Assembly: GCA_047495785.1 (NCBI GenBank)
Contig: JBLDXI010000017.1
Coordinates: 1,488,001-1,552,000, forward strand
Origin: Lepidodermella squamata
Taxonomy: Eukaryota; Animalia; Gastrotricha
Reading direction: 5' to 3'
DNA: 64,000 nt
A program made the position numbers and the translations under genes. Below, piece after piece: positions 25,195 to 34,556 of this stretch. The number at the start of each line of letters is the position of its first letter. Position 1 is the stretch's first letter. The notes under the pieces were generated by a model. That model saw only the letters and a program-made list of their open reading frames with translations, had not been told where the DNA came from and did no database searches.

Positions 25195-27036
25195 ATGTCT
25201 TTATTAACGGGAATTGTTTTCTTCATTATTAGGCTTTTAGTTTTGATAATGGTGACTAAAATTGCCGCAATGACAGCAGGGAACAATGCGCCTGTGAATA
25301 TCGCGCGGTCGCTTTTTCACCTGCTACTCGCAGCCAGATTATGCGCAGTTCTGTTTTCAAACATCTGGGACTGTGACGAAACGTACAATTACTTCGAACC
25401 GGCTCACTTTTTACTCTACGGATACGGTTGCCAGACATGGGAATATGCGCCTGAATTTGGCCTGAGGTCCTACGCTTACCTACTGGTACATCTCGCAGCG
25501 GTTTACGTTCCTGCCGTTGTCCTGCAGGCGTCGAAAACATTCGTTTTCTACTTCATCCGATTTTTCTTGGTGATGCTAGAAATTTGGACGCAAACTAAAT
25601 TTGTTACAGCTATTTCGAGTAAATTCGGAGGCACGATTGGCGATATGACGTTGCTCTTAGCAGCGTTCTGCCCCGGTTATTTCCAAGCTTCGACGGCTTT
25701 TCTCCCCTCTTCAAGTGCTATGGTGTTACTTCAATTCGCTTTGACAGCGTTTATGGAACGGAAATATTACCAAACTGCAATTGCTGGTGCTTTTTCCGCA
25801 TTCCTAGTCTGGCCTTTTTCAGCCGCGTTATACATTCCAGCGGCCGTGGCGATTCTATTTGACCTAAAAACGAAATTTATCGCATATGCGGTGAAACTTT
25901 TAGTTCTGGTGTTGTTATTCGTCGTTGCTCCAATCGTGTTTATCGATACGTTATTTTACGGAAAATACGTTGCCGCAGCTTACAATATTGCTGTATACAA
26001 TTTCCTGGCAGTTGACGAGAAGCGCGGGTCGCATATCTACGGAACAGCACCGGTCTCATATTACCTGATGAATTTATTTTTGAATTTCAATTTCGCCCTT
26101 GTTTTTTGCGCTTTCGGTGTTTTCGCGCTGATTTTTGTGTCGCGCAATTTTTTCGCCCCTCACGCTGTTGGGCAAGAGCGAAAATCTGTGGCGTTGGTGC
26201 TTGTATCCACCTTACTTGTTTGGCTCGGTATTTTCTTCCCACAACCGCATAAGGAGGAACGATTTTTATACCCGGTTTACCCGTTATTTTGCTTAACGGC
26301 CGCTGTTGGAGTTCAATACCTGACCACGGTTATCTACCGAATTTTTCACGCTTTCGCGAAATTTCGTGCTTTTCTTGCCGATTGCGTTCAATTGGGTTTC
26401 ATCGCCGTATTTGTTCTGCTTTCTTTGAGCCGCTGTGCTTCGTTATATTTCAATTACCACGCTTCGATGGATGTATATCTTCGATTTTCGGAATCGGTAA
26501 AATTACCGGCTGGTAATACCGGGTCGACTTACAATTTTTGCGTCGGGCGTGAATGGCACCGATCTCCCGGCCATTTTCTGCTGAATGACCACCGCATTCG
26601 ACTGCGCTTCATCGAAAGTGCTTTTGAAGGTCTGTTACCAGGCCATTACCATGAAAATTTGACAATTGCAAACGCAACTCGAGCCTCGAGACCGGATATG
26701 AACGATTTGAATCGCGAGGAGAAAAGCCATTACGTGCCGGTTTCAACTTGCCATTTTCTAGCTGATATTAACATGGAATCGCTGGGCGATAAACCTGGGA
26801 AGGAACCGAATTATGCGGCCGACAAATCGTGGACAGTTTTGATTCGACTACCGTATCTGGCGACAGTTGACCGGGAAGAAGTTGCATTACCAGCCTGGAA
26901 ATCGCTGTCAAATCGTCTGCTTCGTGCTTTTTATGTACCGTATTTTTCGCCGCTGGTTACGCAAAGCTCATTCCGTGACTACGTGATTCTGCAAAATACA
27001 GCATTGCTACCCCTGAAAATTTCCTCAACTCTATAA
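25195..27036 (+). CDS. ALG9: Alpha-1,2-mannosyltransferase ALG9; true start may be Met at 25249 or 25270
   Basis: IWDCDETYNYFEPAH, QTWEYAPEFGLRSYAY, TAFLPSS, QPHKEERFLYPVYP and CVGREWHRSPG motifs; multiple TM segments. Confidence 0.95.
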   Translation: MSLLTGIVFFIIRLLVLIMVTKIAAMTAGNNAPVNIARSLFHLLLAARLCAVLFSNIWDCDETYNYFEPAHFLLYGYGCQTWEYAPEFGLRSYAYLLVHLAAVYVPAVVLQASKTFVFYFIRFFLVMLEIWTQTKFVTAISSKFGGTIGDMTLLLAAFCPGYFQASTAFLPSSSAMVLLQFALTAFMERKYYQTAIAGAFSAFLVWPFSAALYIPAAVAILFDLKTKFIAYAVKLLVLVLLFVVAPIVFIDTLFYGKYVAAAYNIAVYNFLAVDEKRGSHIYGTAPVSYYLMNLFLNFNFALVFCAFGVFALIFVSRNFFAPHAVGQERKSVALVLVSTLLVWLGIFFPQPHKEERFLYPVYPLFCLTAAVGVQYLTTVIYRIFHAFAKFRAFLADCVQLGFIAVFVLLSLSRCASLYFNYHASMDVYLRFSESVKLPAGNTGSTYNFCVGREWHRSPGHFLLNDHRIRLRFIESAFEGLLPGHYHENLTIANATRASRPDMNDLNREEKSHYVPVSTCHFLADINMESLGDKPGKEPNYAADKSWTVLIRLPYLATVDREEVALPAWKSLSNRLLRAFYVPYFSPLVTQSSFRDYVILQNTALLPLKISSTL

Positions 27037-27120
27037 AAGAGATACTAAAAACATTAACAAATTAAATTTTGAGAATTGGTTTTTGAAAATTTTATTTATT
27101 TTTATGTAGGTTTTTTATAT

Positions 27121-27855
27121 ATGACGTCCACTCGGAACTTCAATGACCTGCCTTTTGACTGTCTCTATCAGATTTTCGGGTATTTGAGCTACCACGAAAT
27201 CGAACAATTTCGACGGATCAGCCGCCAGATTAATACAATCTGTCATTTGTTCCTGAAATCAGGCGCCGCAAAACTACATACGAAGGTGATCCAAATTCTG
27301 ACAAAACTCAAAGGCTATCCACCGCAGCGTGATTTGCCAGATTTAATCAACGTTGCAGAGATTGTTAAGTTGGATCTCTTCATAATTGGCATGGCTCTTG
27401 ATCGGTACCTGACATTTTGCCAGTCGACATTTTACCCTGGTAAAATGCTGGATGAAATGTTTCAGATAGTGGCGAATATCGAGAAATTGATTAATCAGAT
27501 TTCTGATTGGGGCATACGTCGCCATTCCTTCACTTATTGCCTCATCATAGCAACAATGGCTAGGGTAAATAAGTTGAAAGACCTCTCGAAGATGGCCACG
27601 GACCATATTAAAAACGTCATGATACCGAGAGTGAGTGGTCAAATTACGTCCCGCGCTGCCTTGGAAGCCATCATTGAAATTCCAGCGCCGCTGACTGGAA
27701 CTGTCGGCAAAAAGTTAGTCTCGCCACCGAAGGATACGTGGCATTCGAATTTATCGACTGCGGTAGCTGTGGTCCTGGGCATTATCGCGTTGTTTGCGTT
27801 TGGAGCTGGCTGTTCCTTTGCCGGAGCGTATCTGGCGCTGAAATCGATTGAATAA
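27121..27855 (+). CDS. FBXO28-like F-box protein copy 1 with C-terminal hydrophobic helix
   Basis: F-box LPFDCLYQIFGYLS and FYPGKMLDE core; ends AVAVVLGIIALFAFGAGCSFAGAYLALKSIE. Confidence 0.85.
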   Translation: MTSTRNFNDLPFDCLYQIFGYLSYHEIEQFRRISRQINTICHLFLKSGAAKLHTKVIQILTKLKGYPPQRDLPDLINVAEIVKLDLFIIGMALDRYLTFCQSTFYPGKMLDEMFQIVANIEKLINQISDWGIRRHSFTYCLIIATMARVNKLKDLSKMATDHIKNVMIPRVSGQITSRAALEAIIEIPAPLTGTVGKKLVSPPKDTWHSNLSTAVAVVLGIIALFAFGAGCSFAGAYLALKSIE

Positions 27856-28151
27856 TAGACAGCTGCAAGACTTGGATCTTGTCTGTGAACTTGAAATTAG
27901 CTTCTCGAGAGGCATTTTAAGGTTTGGATTTAGTTCGCACTCTTAACCGAGTCTTTCAGGAGCTCTATCTTCGCGCCGGAGATTTCGCTTTGCTGCATGT
28001 TTTGAGGCTACAAGACAGATTTCATCAAAATCGTCGTTGTTGGTTGAAATCTCACAGCTTCGAGAGGAATCAATTTCGACCGCATCTCGCTATCAGAATC
28101 GTAGACTTCATGCGCTTTTGCTCTAGTCACTAAACCGATATGTATTTTCTG

Positions 28152-28965
28152 TAGGGGTGAGCCGAAATTTCTGGTAACCGGGTTGCCGAATTTTCAAGGC
28201 TGGATTCGGTTCGGTTCGGTTCGGTTCGGTTATCCTAAAAAAAACCGAATTTCAAACCGAATTTTACTTATTTCAGATTTGATTGTAGCTTGTTTTATTT
28301 ACAGTTTGCAGTCGCAGTTGTAATTAAGCACAGTTAGATAATTTTTACAGAAGATTAGCATCTCTGCTTTTCGCCGTTCAATGAGCATCGAATTCTGACT
28401 CCCGATTCTGAGCAAATTCTCGGTTTTATCGTGACTCGCGCCTGAATATTAAAAAATTAAAATTTAACCCTGTCGGGGTGTATACTCCCATTTTACTCCT
28501 ACTTAACGGCGTACAGCTAAGATGAAAATAGGCGGTAGAAAAACAGGCATTAGTGCGCGCGCATTCGCAGTAAACGCACGTGATCACCTGTACGCGCTAC
28601 GCTATTGGATACGCAACAAAACCGGCGCGCGTCTATCATTGTAACTGCATTGCGATTGGCTGAAAATCACGCAAACATTGCCTAATAATTTAAAACTGAG
28701 GCTGGTCAAATTGTGCGCCATATTGTGCGCCTATAATCGTATTCGTCACGCTATTGGTCTACGCTGACTTGACTCGCGCGCGATCGAAATCCTATTGGGT
28801 TAGTGTTTCTCGCGCGGCAAAACGCACAGTCACGTGAGCCAATGTTTAACGTGACGCTATTAGTTGAAAAACCGATCGGCGAAGGCGAAGGCAGCACGCG
28901 TTAATGTCAGTTTTAGGTATCGCGATTCTTTTCGGTTCTAAAGTTTACGATTCGGCTCACCCCTA
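28152..28965. mobile_element. Non-autonomous hAT-type element (MITE), 814 bp
   Basis: TIRs TAGGGGTGAGCCGAA...TTCGGCTCACCCCTA; perfect 8-bp TSD ATTTTCTG (28144-28151 and 28966-28973); (TTCGG)n subterminal repeats. The paralogous empty site is near 30281-30295. Confidence 0.93.
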
Positions 28966-29226
28966 ATTTTCTGTTTACTTTTTCGTCTTGTTTTCGTCTC
29001 GCTTTATCTTTGCTGATTTTGTAGTCATTTTGCATTCGTACTTCGAAAGGTGATGCCTGTCATTTTTAAGCAGGTAGATGCTTTTTGTCAATTTTTTGTC
29101 ACTGGTTTCGCAAATCTCATTCCGTGACTACGAGATCTCAACTCTAGCTCAACTGTATAAAGAAGAGACTAAAAAATTATTTGCTAAATTTTCACTTTTT
29201 GTTTTTAGGTTTTATTTGTATTTATT

Positions 29227-29961
29227 ATGACGTCTACTCGGAAGCTCAACGACCTACCTAATGACTGTCTCTATAAAATGTTTGGGTATTTGAGCTACCA
29301 CGAAATCGAGCAATGTCGACTGATCAGCCGCCAGATTAATGCTCTATGCCATTCATTGCTGAAATCAGGCGCTGAACAAATACGAACAATAACGCGCCGA
29401 ATCCAGACAGATTACAGAGGCCATCCACGGCAGCGTGGATTACGAAATTTACTCGCTGCTGTAGATATTGTTGAAGATGAACTCTTATCATTTGGTTTCG
29501 CTCTTGATCGATACCTAATAACTTGTCACTCAACGTTTTACCCTGGAAAAGTGCTGGATGAAGCGTTCCGGATTATGTTGAATATCAAGAAGTTGATTAA
29601 TCAGATATCAGATTGGAGCGTACCCCAACAGCCCTTCACTTATTTACTTATTGTAGGAACAGTGGCTAGGACACATAAGTTGGATGACCTTTTTAGAATG
29701 GCTGTGAAACATATTGATAACGTCATGATACCGATTATGAGGAAAACCCATGGACACATTTCTCCCCGCTCTACCTTAGCAGCCACCATCGAAATTCCAG
29801 CGCCGTTGACTGGAACTGTCGGCAAAATGTCTAACTGGCCACCGAAGGAGGCGAAGGAGGAGATAGAGATTCGAAGGTATGGACTGCTGCAGCTGTGTTC
29901 CTGGACATTATCGCGTTGTTTGGAACCAACTGAGCCTTTGCCGGGACATATCTCGCGCTGA
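29227..29961 (+). CDS. FBXO28-like copy 2; the TM-coding tail is frameshifted and decayed (soluble variant or pseudogene)
   Basis: The F-box and core are intact. The TM-homologous DNA is out of frame and, in its old frame, has an Asp codon and a TGA. Confidence 0.75.
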   Translation: MTSTRKLNDLPNDCLYKMFGYLSYHEIEQCRLISRQINALCHSLLKSGAEQIRTITRRIQTDYRGHPRQRGLRNLLAAVDIVEDELLSFGFALDRYLITCHSTFYPGKVLDEAFRIMLNIKKLINQISDWSVPQQPFTYLLIVGTVARTHKLDDLFRMAVKHIDNVMIPIMRKTHGHISPRSTLAATIEIPAPLTGTVGKMSNWPPKEAKEEIEIRRYGLLQLCSWTLSRCLEPTEPLPGHISR

Positions 29962-30560
29962 AAGTGATTAAGTCATAGGCAGAGACAGCTGCAAGACTTG
30001 GATCTTGTCGGTGAACATGAAATGAGCTTCTCGAGAGCATTTCAAGGTTTACACTTGGATTTAGTTCGCACTCTTATCCGAGTCTTTCAGAAGCTTAGCT
30101 TCGCGCCGGAGATTTCGCTTTGCTGCATGTTTTGAGGCTGCAAGACAGATTTAATCAAAATCGTCGTTGTTGGTTGAAATCTCACGGCTTCGAGAGGAAT
30201 CAATTTCGACCACATCTCTTTCATCTTGCTATCAGAATCGTAGACTTCATGCGCTTTTGCTCTAGTCACTAAACCGATATGTATCATCTGTTTACTTTTT
30301 TCGTCTCGTTTCATCTTTGCTCCATAGTTGTGCTGATTTTTTAGTCATTTTGTAATCGTTCTGTAAAAAGTGTAGCCGGTCATTTCAGGCAGCTCAAGGC
30401 TTTTTGTAAAATCTTGTTCTTCGAATTTTTTGCCACTGGTTACGCAAAGCTCATTCCGTGACTAAGTGATCTCAACTCTAGCTCAACTGTATAAAGGAGA
30501 GACTAAAAAATTATTTGCTAAAATTTCACTGTTTGTTTTTAGGTTTCATTTATATTTATT

Positions 30561-31280
30561 ATGACGTCCACTCGGAAGCTCAACGACCTACCTAATGACT
30601 GTCTCTATAAAATTTTTGGGTATTTGAGCTACCACGAAATCGAGCAATGTCGACTGATCAGCCGCCAGATTAATGCTCTATGCCATTCATTGCTGAAATC
30701 AGGCGCTGAAAAAATGCGAACAAAATTGCGCGGACTTCAAACGGAACTCAAAGGCCATCTGCCTCGGCGTGCATCAGCCAGAACCAACGACATTGCATCT
30801 CATTTAATCAGCAATGTCGATTCCGTTGGCCTTGAAGTCTCACGCGTTGGCTTCGCTCTTAATAAATACCAAAGAACTGGCAAGTCGACCTTTTACCCTG
30901 GTAAAGTGCTGGATGAAGCGTTTCGGATAATTGCTCATGTCGAAAAGTGGATGCCTCAGATCTCTGATTCTCAACCGCCCTCGAATTATTCCCGAGATTG
31001 GAAGTTGATGGTTGAGTTGGGAGACCTTTGCACTATGGCTAAGGAGCATATCGAAGACGTCCTCATACCGAGTAAGCAGCAAAGATCTTCGCTAATTTGT
31101 TCCGATTGTTGCTTAGATATCGACTACTCTGACTACTCTGACTGGCCACAGAAGAAGACATGGCATTCGAATTTATTGATTGCCGCAGCTGTGGTTCTAG
31201 CCATTATCGTTTTATTCGTGTTTGGAGCTGGCTGTGCGTTTGCTGGGACGTATCTGGCGCTGAAAGTTGTGAAATCATAA
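30561..31280 (+). CDS. FBXO28-like copy 3 with C-terminal hydrophobic helix
   Basis: F-box, LPRRASAR, FYPGKVLDE; ends LIAAAVVLAIIVLFVFGAGCAFAGTYLALKVVKS. Confidence 0.87.
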   Translation: MTSTRKLNDLPNDCLYKIFGYLSYHEIEQCRLISRQINALCHSLLKSGAEKMRTKLRGLQTELKGHLPRRASARTNDIASHLISNVDSVGLEVSRVGFALNKYQRTGKSTFYPGKVLDEAFRIIAHVEKWMPQISDSQPPSNYSRDWKLMVELGDLCTMAKEHIEDVLIPSKQQRSSLICSDCCLDIDYSDYSDWPQKKTWHSNLLIAAAVVLAIIVLFVFGAGCAFAGTYLALKVVKS

Positions 31281-31584
31281 CCATTTGCACGCATCTGTCT
31301 TTCGAACAGATATCTTTGAGCGAAGGCCTGATCTATGTAGTCATTGTTATAGTCTTTTTGTATTCTTAGTCACTTTTGTATACTTTACTGATTAATGTTT
31401 AATTGTCTTACTCGTGTTTTGTATTTCCGTATTTTATGCATTGCTCAATTTTTAACTTTGTGATTTCGTTACTACCTCTAAAAATTTCATCTCTTCCTTA
31501 ATAATAAAACGAGAGGCTCAAAATGAACAAATTAAATTATGTTAAAATTTCATACTTTCCTTTTAGATTTTATTTATATTTGCC

Positions 31585-32307
31585 ATGGCGTCCACTCGGA
31601 ATTTCAACGACCTACCCAATGACTGTCTCTATCAGATTTTCGGGTATTTCAGCTACCACGAAATCGAGCAATTTCGACTGATCAGCCGCCGGATTGATTT
31701 AATATGTCACTCAATGCTCAGTTTAAGCGCTGAAAAATTACAAGCGAAGGCGTTAAGATTTCAGACGGAACTTAAAGGCCGATTACCACGGCGCGAATCA
31801 GCCAGAAGCAACAGCATTGCATCTCATTTACTTGGTGATGCAAAGTCTGTTAAATATAGTCTCTCACTTATTGGCTCCGCTCTTGACAAATACCGAAAAA
31901 CTTGCAAGTCGACGTTTTACCCAGGTAAAGTGCTGGATGAAGCCTTTCGAATCATGGCTTATATCGAAAAATGGACGGCTCAAATTTCTGATTCGAGCAT
32001 ATCTCAGCCACCCTCGACGTATTCACGAGATTGGGATTTGCTGAATGAGTTGGGAGACCTTTGCACTATGGCTACGGAGCACATCGAAGACGTCCTGACA
32101 CCGAGTGAGGGGCAAAAATCTAGCCAAATTTCGTCCCATTTTGTCATTGATTTTGGCAAAAAGTTAGGCGCCCCACCGAAGGAGACTTGGCCTTCGAATA
32201 TATTGATTGCGACTGCTGTAGTCCTGGGCATTATAGCGTTGTTCGCGTTAGGAGCTGGCTGGTCTTTTGCCGGGACGTATCTGGCGCTGAAATTTACAAA
32301 ATTATAA
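31585..32307 (+). CDS. FBXO28-like copy 4 with C-terminal hydrophobic helix
   Basis: F-box, LPRRESAR, FYPGKVLDE; ends with a hydrophobic segment followed by KFTKL. Confidence 0.87.
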   Translation: MASTRNFNDLPNDCLYQIFGYFSYHEIEQFRLISRRIDLICHSMLSLSAEKLQAKALRFQTELKGRLPRRESARSNSIASHLLGDAKSVKYSLSLIGSALDKYRKTCKSTFYPGKVLDEAFRIMAYIEKWTAQISDSSISQPPSTYSRDWDLLNELGDLCTMATEHIEDVLTPSEGQKSSQISSHFVIDFGKKLGAPPKETWPSNILIATAVVLGIIALFALGAGWSFAGTYLALKFTKL

Positions 32308-32627
32308 CCGTTTGTTTGTGTCTTTCAAACAGGTTTCTTTGACCGAAGGCCTGATCTGTGTAGTCATTTTCGTTTTTGTAGTCCTTTTTTGTATGCTTCC
32401 AGGTTGCCATATTTGACAACTTGAGGTCTTATGTCAAATTGTCTTGCTCGTTTTTCATTCCGTATTTAACACAATGCTCAATTTTTAACCAAGTGATTTT
32501 GTTACTACCACTAAAAATCTCATGTCTACCTCAACTTTATAAACGGGAGACTCAAAAAAAAACAAGTTTAATGTGAAATTCGTCAAATATTCGCTTTTGC
32601 CATTTTAGATTTCATCTTATATTTTTA

Positions 32628-33368
32628 ATGACTCGGAAGTTTAGCGACCTGCCCTATGACTGTGTCTATCAAATTTTCGAGTATTTGAGCTACCACGAAA
32701 TCGAGCAATGTCGACTGATTAACCGCCAGATTGATTCTATATGCTATTTATTGCTCAGTTTGAGCGCAGAAAAATTACAAGCGAAGGCGCTACGATTTCA
32801 GGCGGAACTCAAAGGCCATTTGCCACGGCGTGAATCAGCCAGACAAGGTCACATTGTATCTGAGTTACTTAGCGATGTAAATTATGTTGAATGTAAACTC
32901 TCATCTATTGGCTCCGCTCTTGATAAATACCGAAAAACTTGCAAGTCGACGTTTTATCCTGGTAAAGTACTGGATGAAGCGTTTCGGATAATTGCTCATG
33001 TCGAAAAGTGGATGCCTCTGATCTCTGCTTCTCAACCGCCCTCGAATTATTCACGAAATTGGCATTCGATGGTTGAGTTGAGAGACCTTAGCACAATGGC
33101 TACTGAACATATCAAAGACGTCCTGATACCGAGTGAAGAGCAAAGATCTAGCCAAATTTCGTCCCATTTTGTCATAGATTTCGGCAACAAGTTGGACTTG
33201 GCAAAGTCTCCTGACCTCCTTTCCACAAAAAAGTCACCGAAGGATACTTGGCCTTCGAATATACTGATAACGACTGCTGTAGTCCTGGCCATTATCGCGT
33301 TGTTCGCGTTCGGAACTGGCTGGTCCTTTGCCGGGACGTATCTGGCGCTGAAATTTACTAAATCATAA
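32628..33368 (+). CDS. FBXO28-like copy 5 with C-terminal hydrophobic helix
   Basis: F-box, LPRRESAR, ELRDLSTMA; ends with a hydrophobic segment followed by KFTKS. Confidence 0.87.
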   Translation: MTRKFSDLPYDCVYQIFEYLSYHEIEQCRLINRQIDSICYLLLSLSAEKLQAKALRFQAELKGHLPRRESARQGHIVSELLSDVNYVECKLSSIGSALDKYRKTCKSTFYPGKVLDEAFRIIAHVEKWMPLISASQPPSNYSRNWHSMVELRDLSTMATEHIKDVLIPSEEQRSSQISSHFVIDFGNKLDLAKSPDLLSTKKSPKDTWPSNILITTAVVLAIIALFAFGTGWSFAGTYLALKFTKS

Positions 33369-33702
33369 CCGTTTGCACGCGTCCGTCTTACGAACAGGCT
33401 TTATTCAGCGAAGGCCTGATCTGTGTAGTCATTTTTGTGTTTTTAGTCTTTTTGTTAGTCATTTTTGAATGCTTCCAGGTTGTCATTTTTAGACAACTAG
33501 AGGTCTTATGTCAAATTGTCATGCTCTTTTATCATTCCGTATTTAACACAATGCTCAATTTTTAACCAAGTGATTTTGTTACTACCACTAAAAATCTCAT
33601 GTCTACCTCAACTTTATAAACGGGAGACTCAAAAAAACAAGTTTAATGTGAATTTCGTTAACATTTCGCTTTTGCCATTTTAGATTTCATCTTATATTTT
33701 TA

Positions 33703-34374
33703 ATGACTCGGAAGTTTAGCGACCTGCCCTATGACTGTCTCTATCAAATTTTCAAGTATTTGAACTACCACGAAATCGAGCAATGTCGACTGATTAACCG
33801 CCAGATTGATTCTATATGTCATTCATTGCTCAATTCAGGCACTAAAAAGATGAGAATGAAATTGATCGGAATAGCGACGGAACTCAGACGCCATTTACCC
33901 CTGCGTGAATCGTCCAGAAGCGTCCACGTTGCATCTGATTTACTTGACGATGTAAATTCTGTTCAATATAGACTCTCACGCGTTCGCTCCGCTCTTGATA
34001 AATACCGGAAAACTCTTCCGTCAACGTTTTACCCTGGCAAATTGCTGGATGAAGGGTTTCGGACAATAGCGAATATCGAAAGTTTGACCAATCAAATTTC
34101 TGATTTTAGCATATCAAAGCCGTCTTCGACGTATTCACGAAATTGGAAGTTGTTGGATGAGTTTAATAACATTTACGCAATGGCTATGGATTATATCGAA
34201 GATGTCTTGATACTGCGTAAGCCGCAAAGACCCGTGCAAGTTACTTCCCACGTTTCCTTAGCCGTCGGCAACATGCCACCGAAGGTTACGTTGCTTTCGA
34301 AGATATCGACTGCGGCAGCTGTGATACTGGCCATTATCGCGTTGTTCGCGTTTAGAACTGGATCTTCCTTGTAA
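33703..34374 (+). CDS. FBXO28-like copy 6 with a shortened hydrophobic tail
   Basis: F-box and FYPGKLLDE; ends AAAVILAIIALFAFRTGSSL. Confidence 0.83.
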   Translation: MTRKFSDLPYDCLYQIFKYLNYHEIEQCRLINRQIDSICHSLLNSGTKKMRMKLIGIATELRRHLPLRESSRSVHVASDLLDDVNSVQYRLSRVRSALDKYRKTLPSTFYPGKLLDEGFRTIANIESLTNQISDFSISKPSSTYSRNWKLLDEFNNIYAMAMDYIEDVLILRKPQRPVQVTSHVSLAVGNMPPKVTLLSKISTAAAVILAIIALFAFRTGSSL

Positions 34375-34556
34375 ACTCAAGGTCTTTCTCCAAATTATCT
34401 TATTTTTTCTTTATATTTGCCGTATTTCACGCAATGCTCAATTTGTAAGTGTGATTTTGTTACTACCTCGGAAAATCTCATCTACCTCAACTTTAAGCGA
34501 GGGACTATTTTGTAAAAATTTACCTTTTTCCTAGTAGATTTCATCTTATATTTATT

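Noticed and set aside
30468-30476. Perfect bantam 8mer site TGATCTCA in an F-box spacer
   Set aside because: A single occurrence inside the ALG9-derived relic, not conserved in the paralogous spacer (GAGATCTCA); likely chance.
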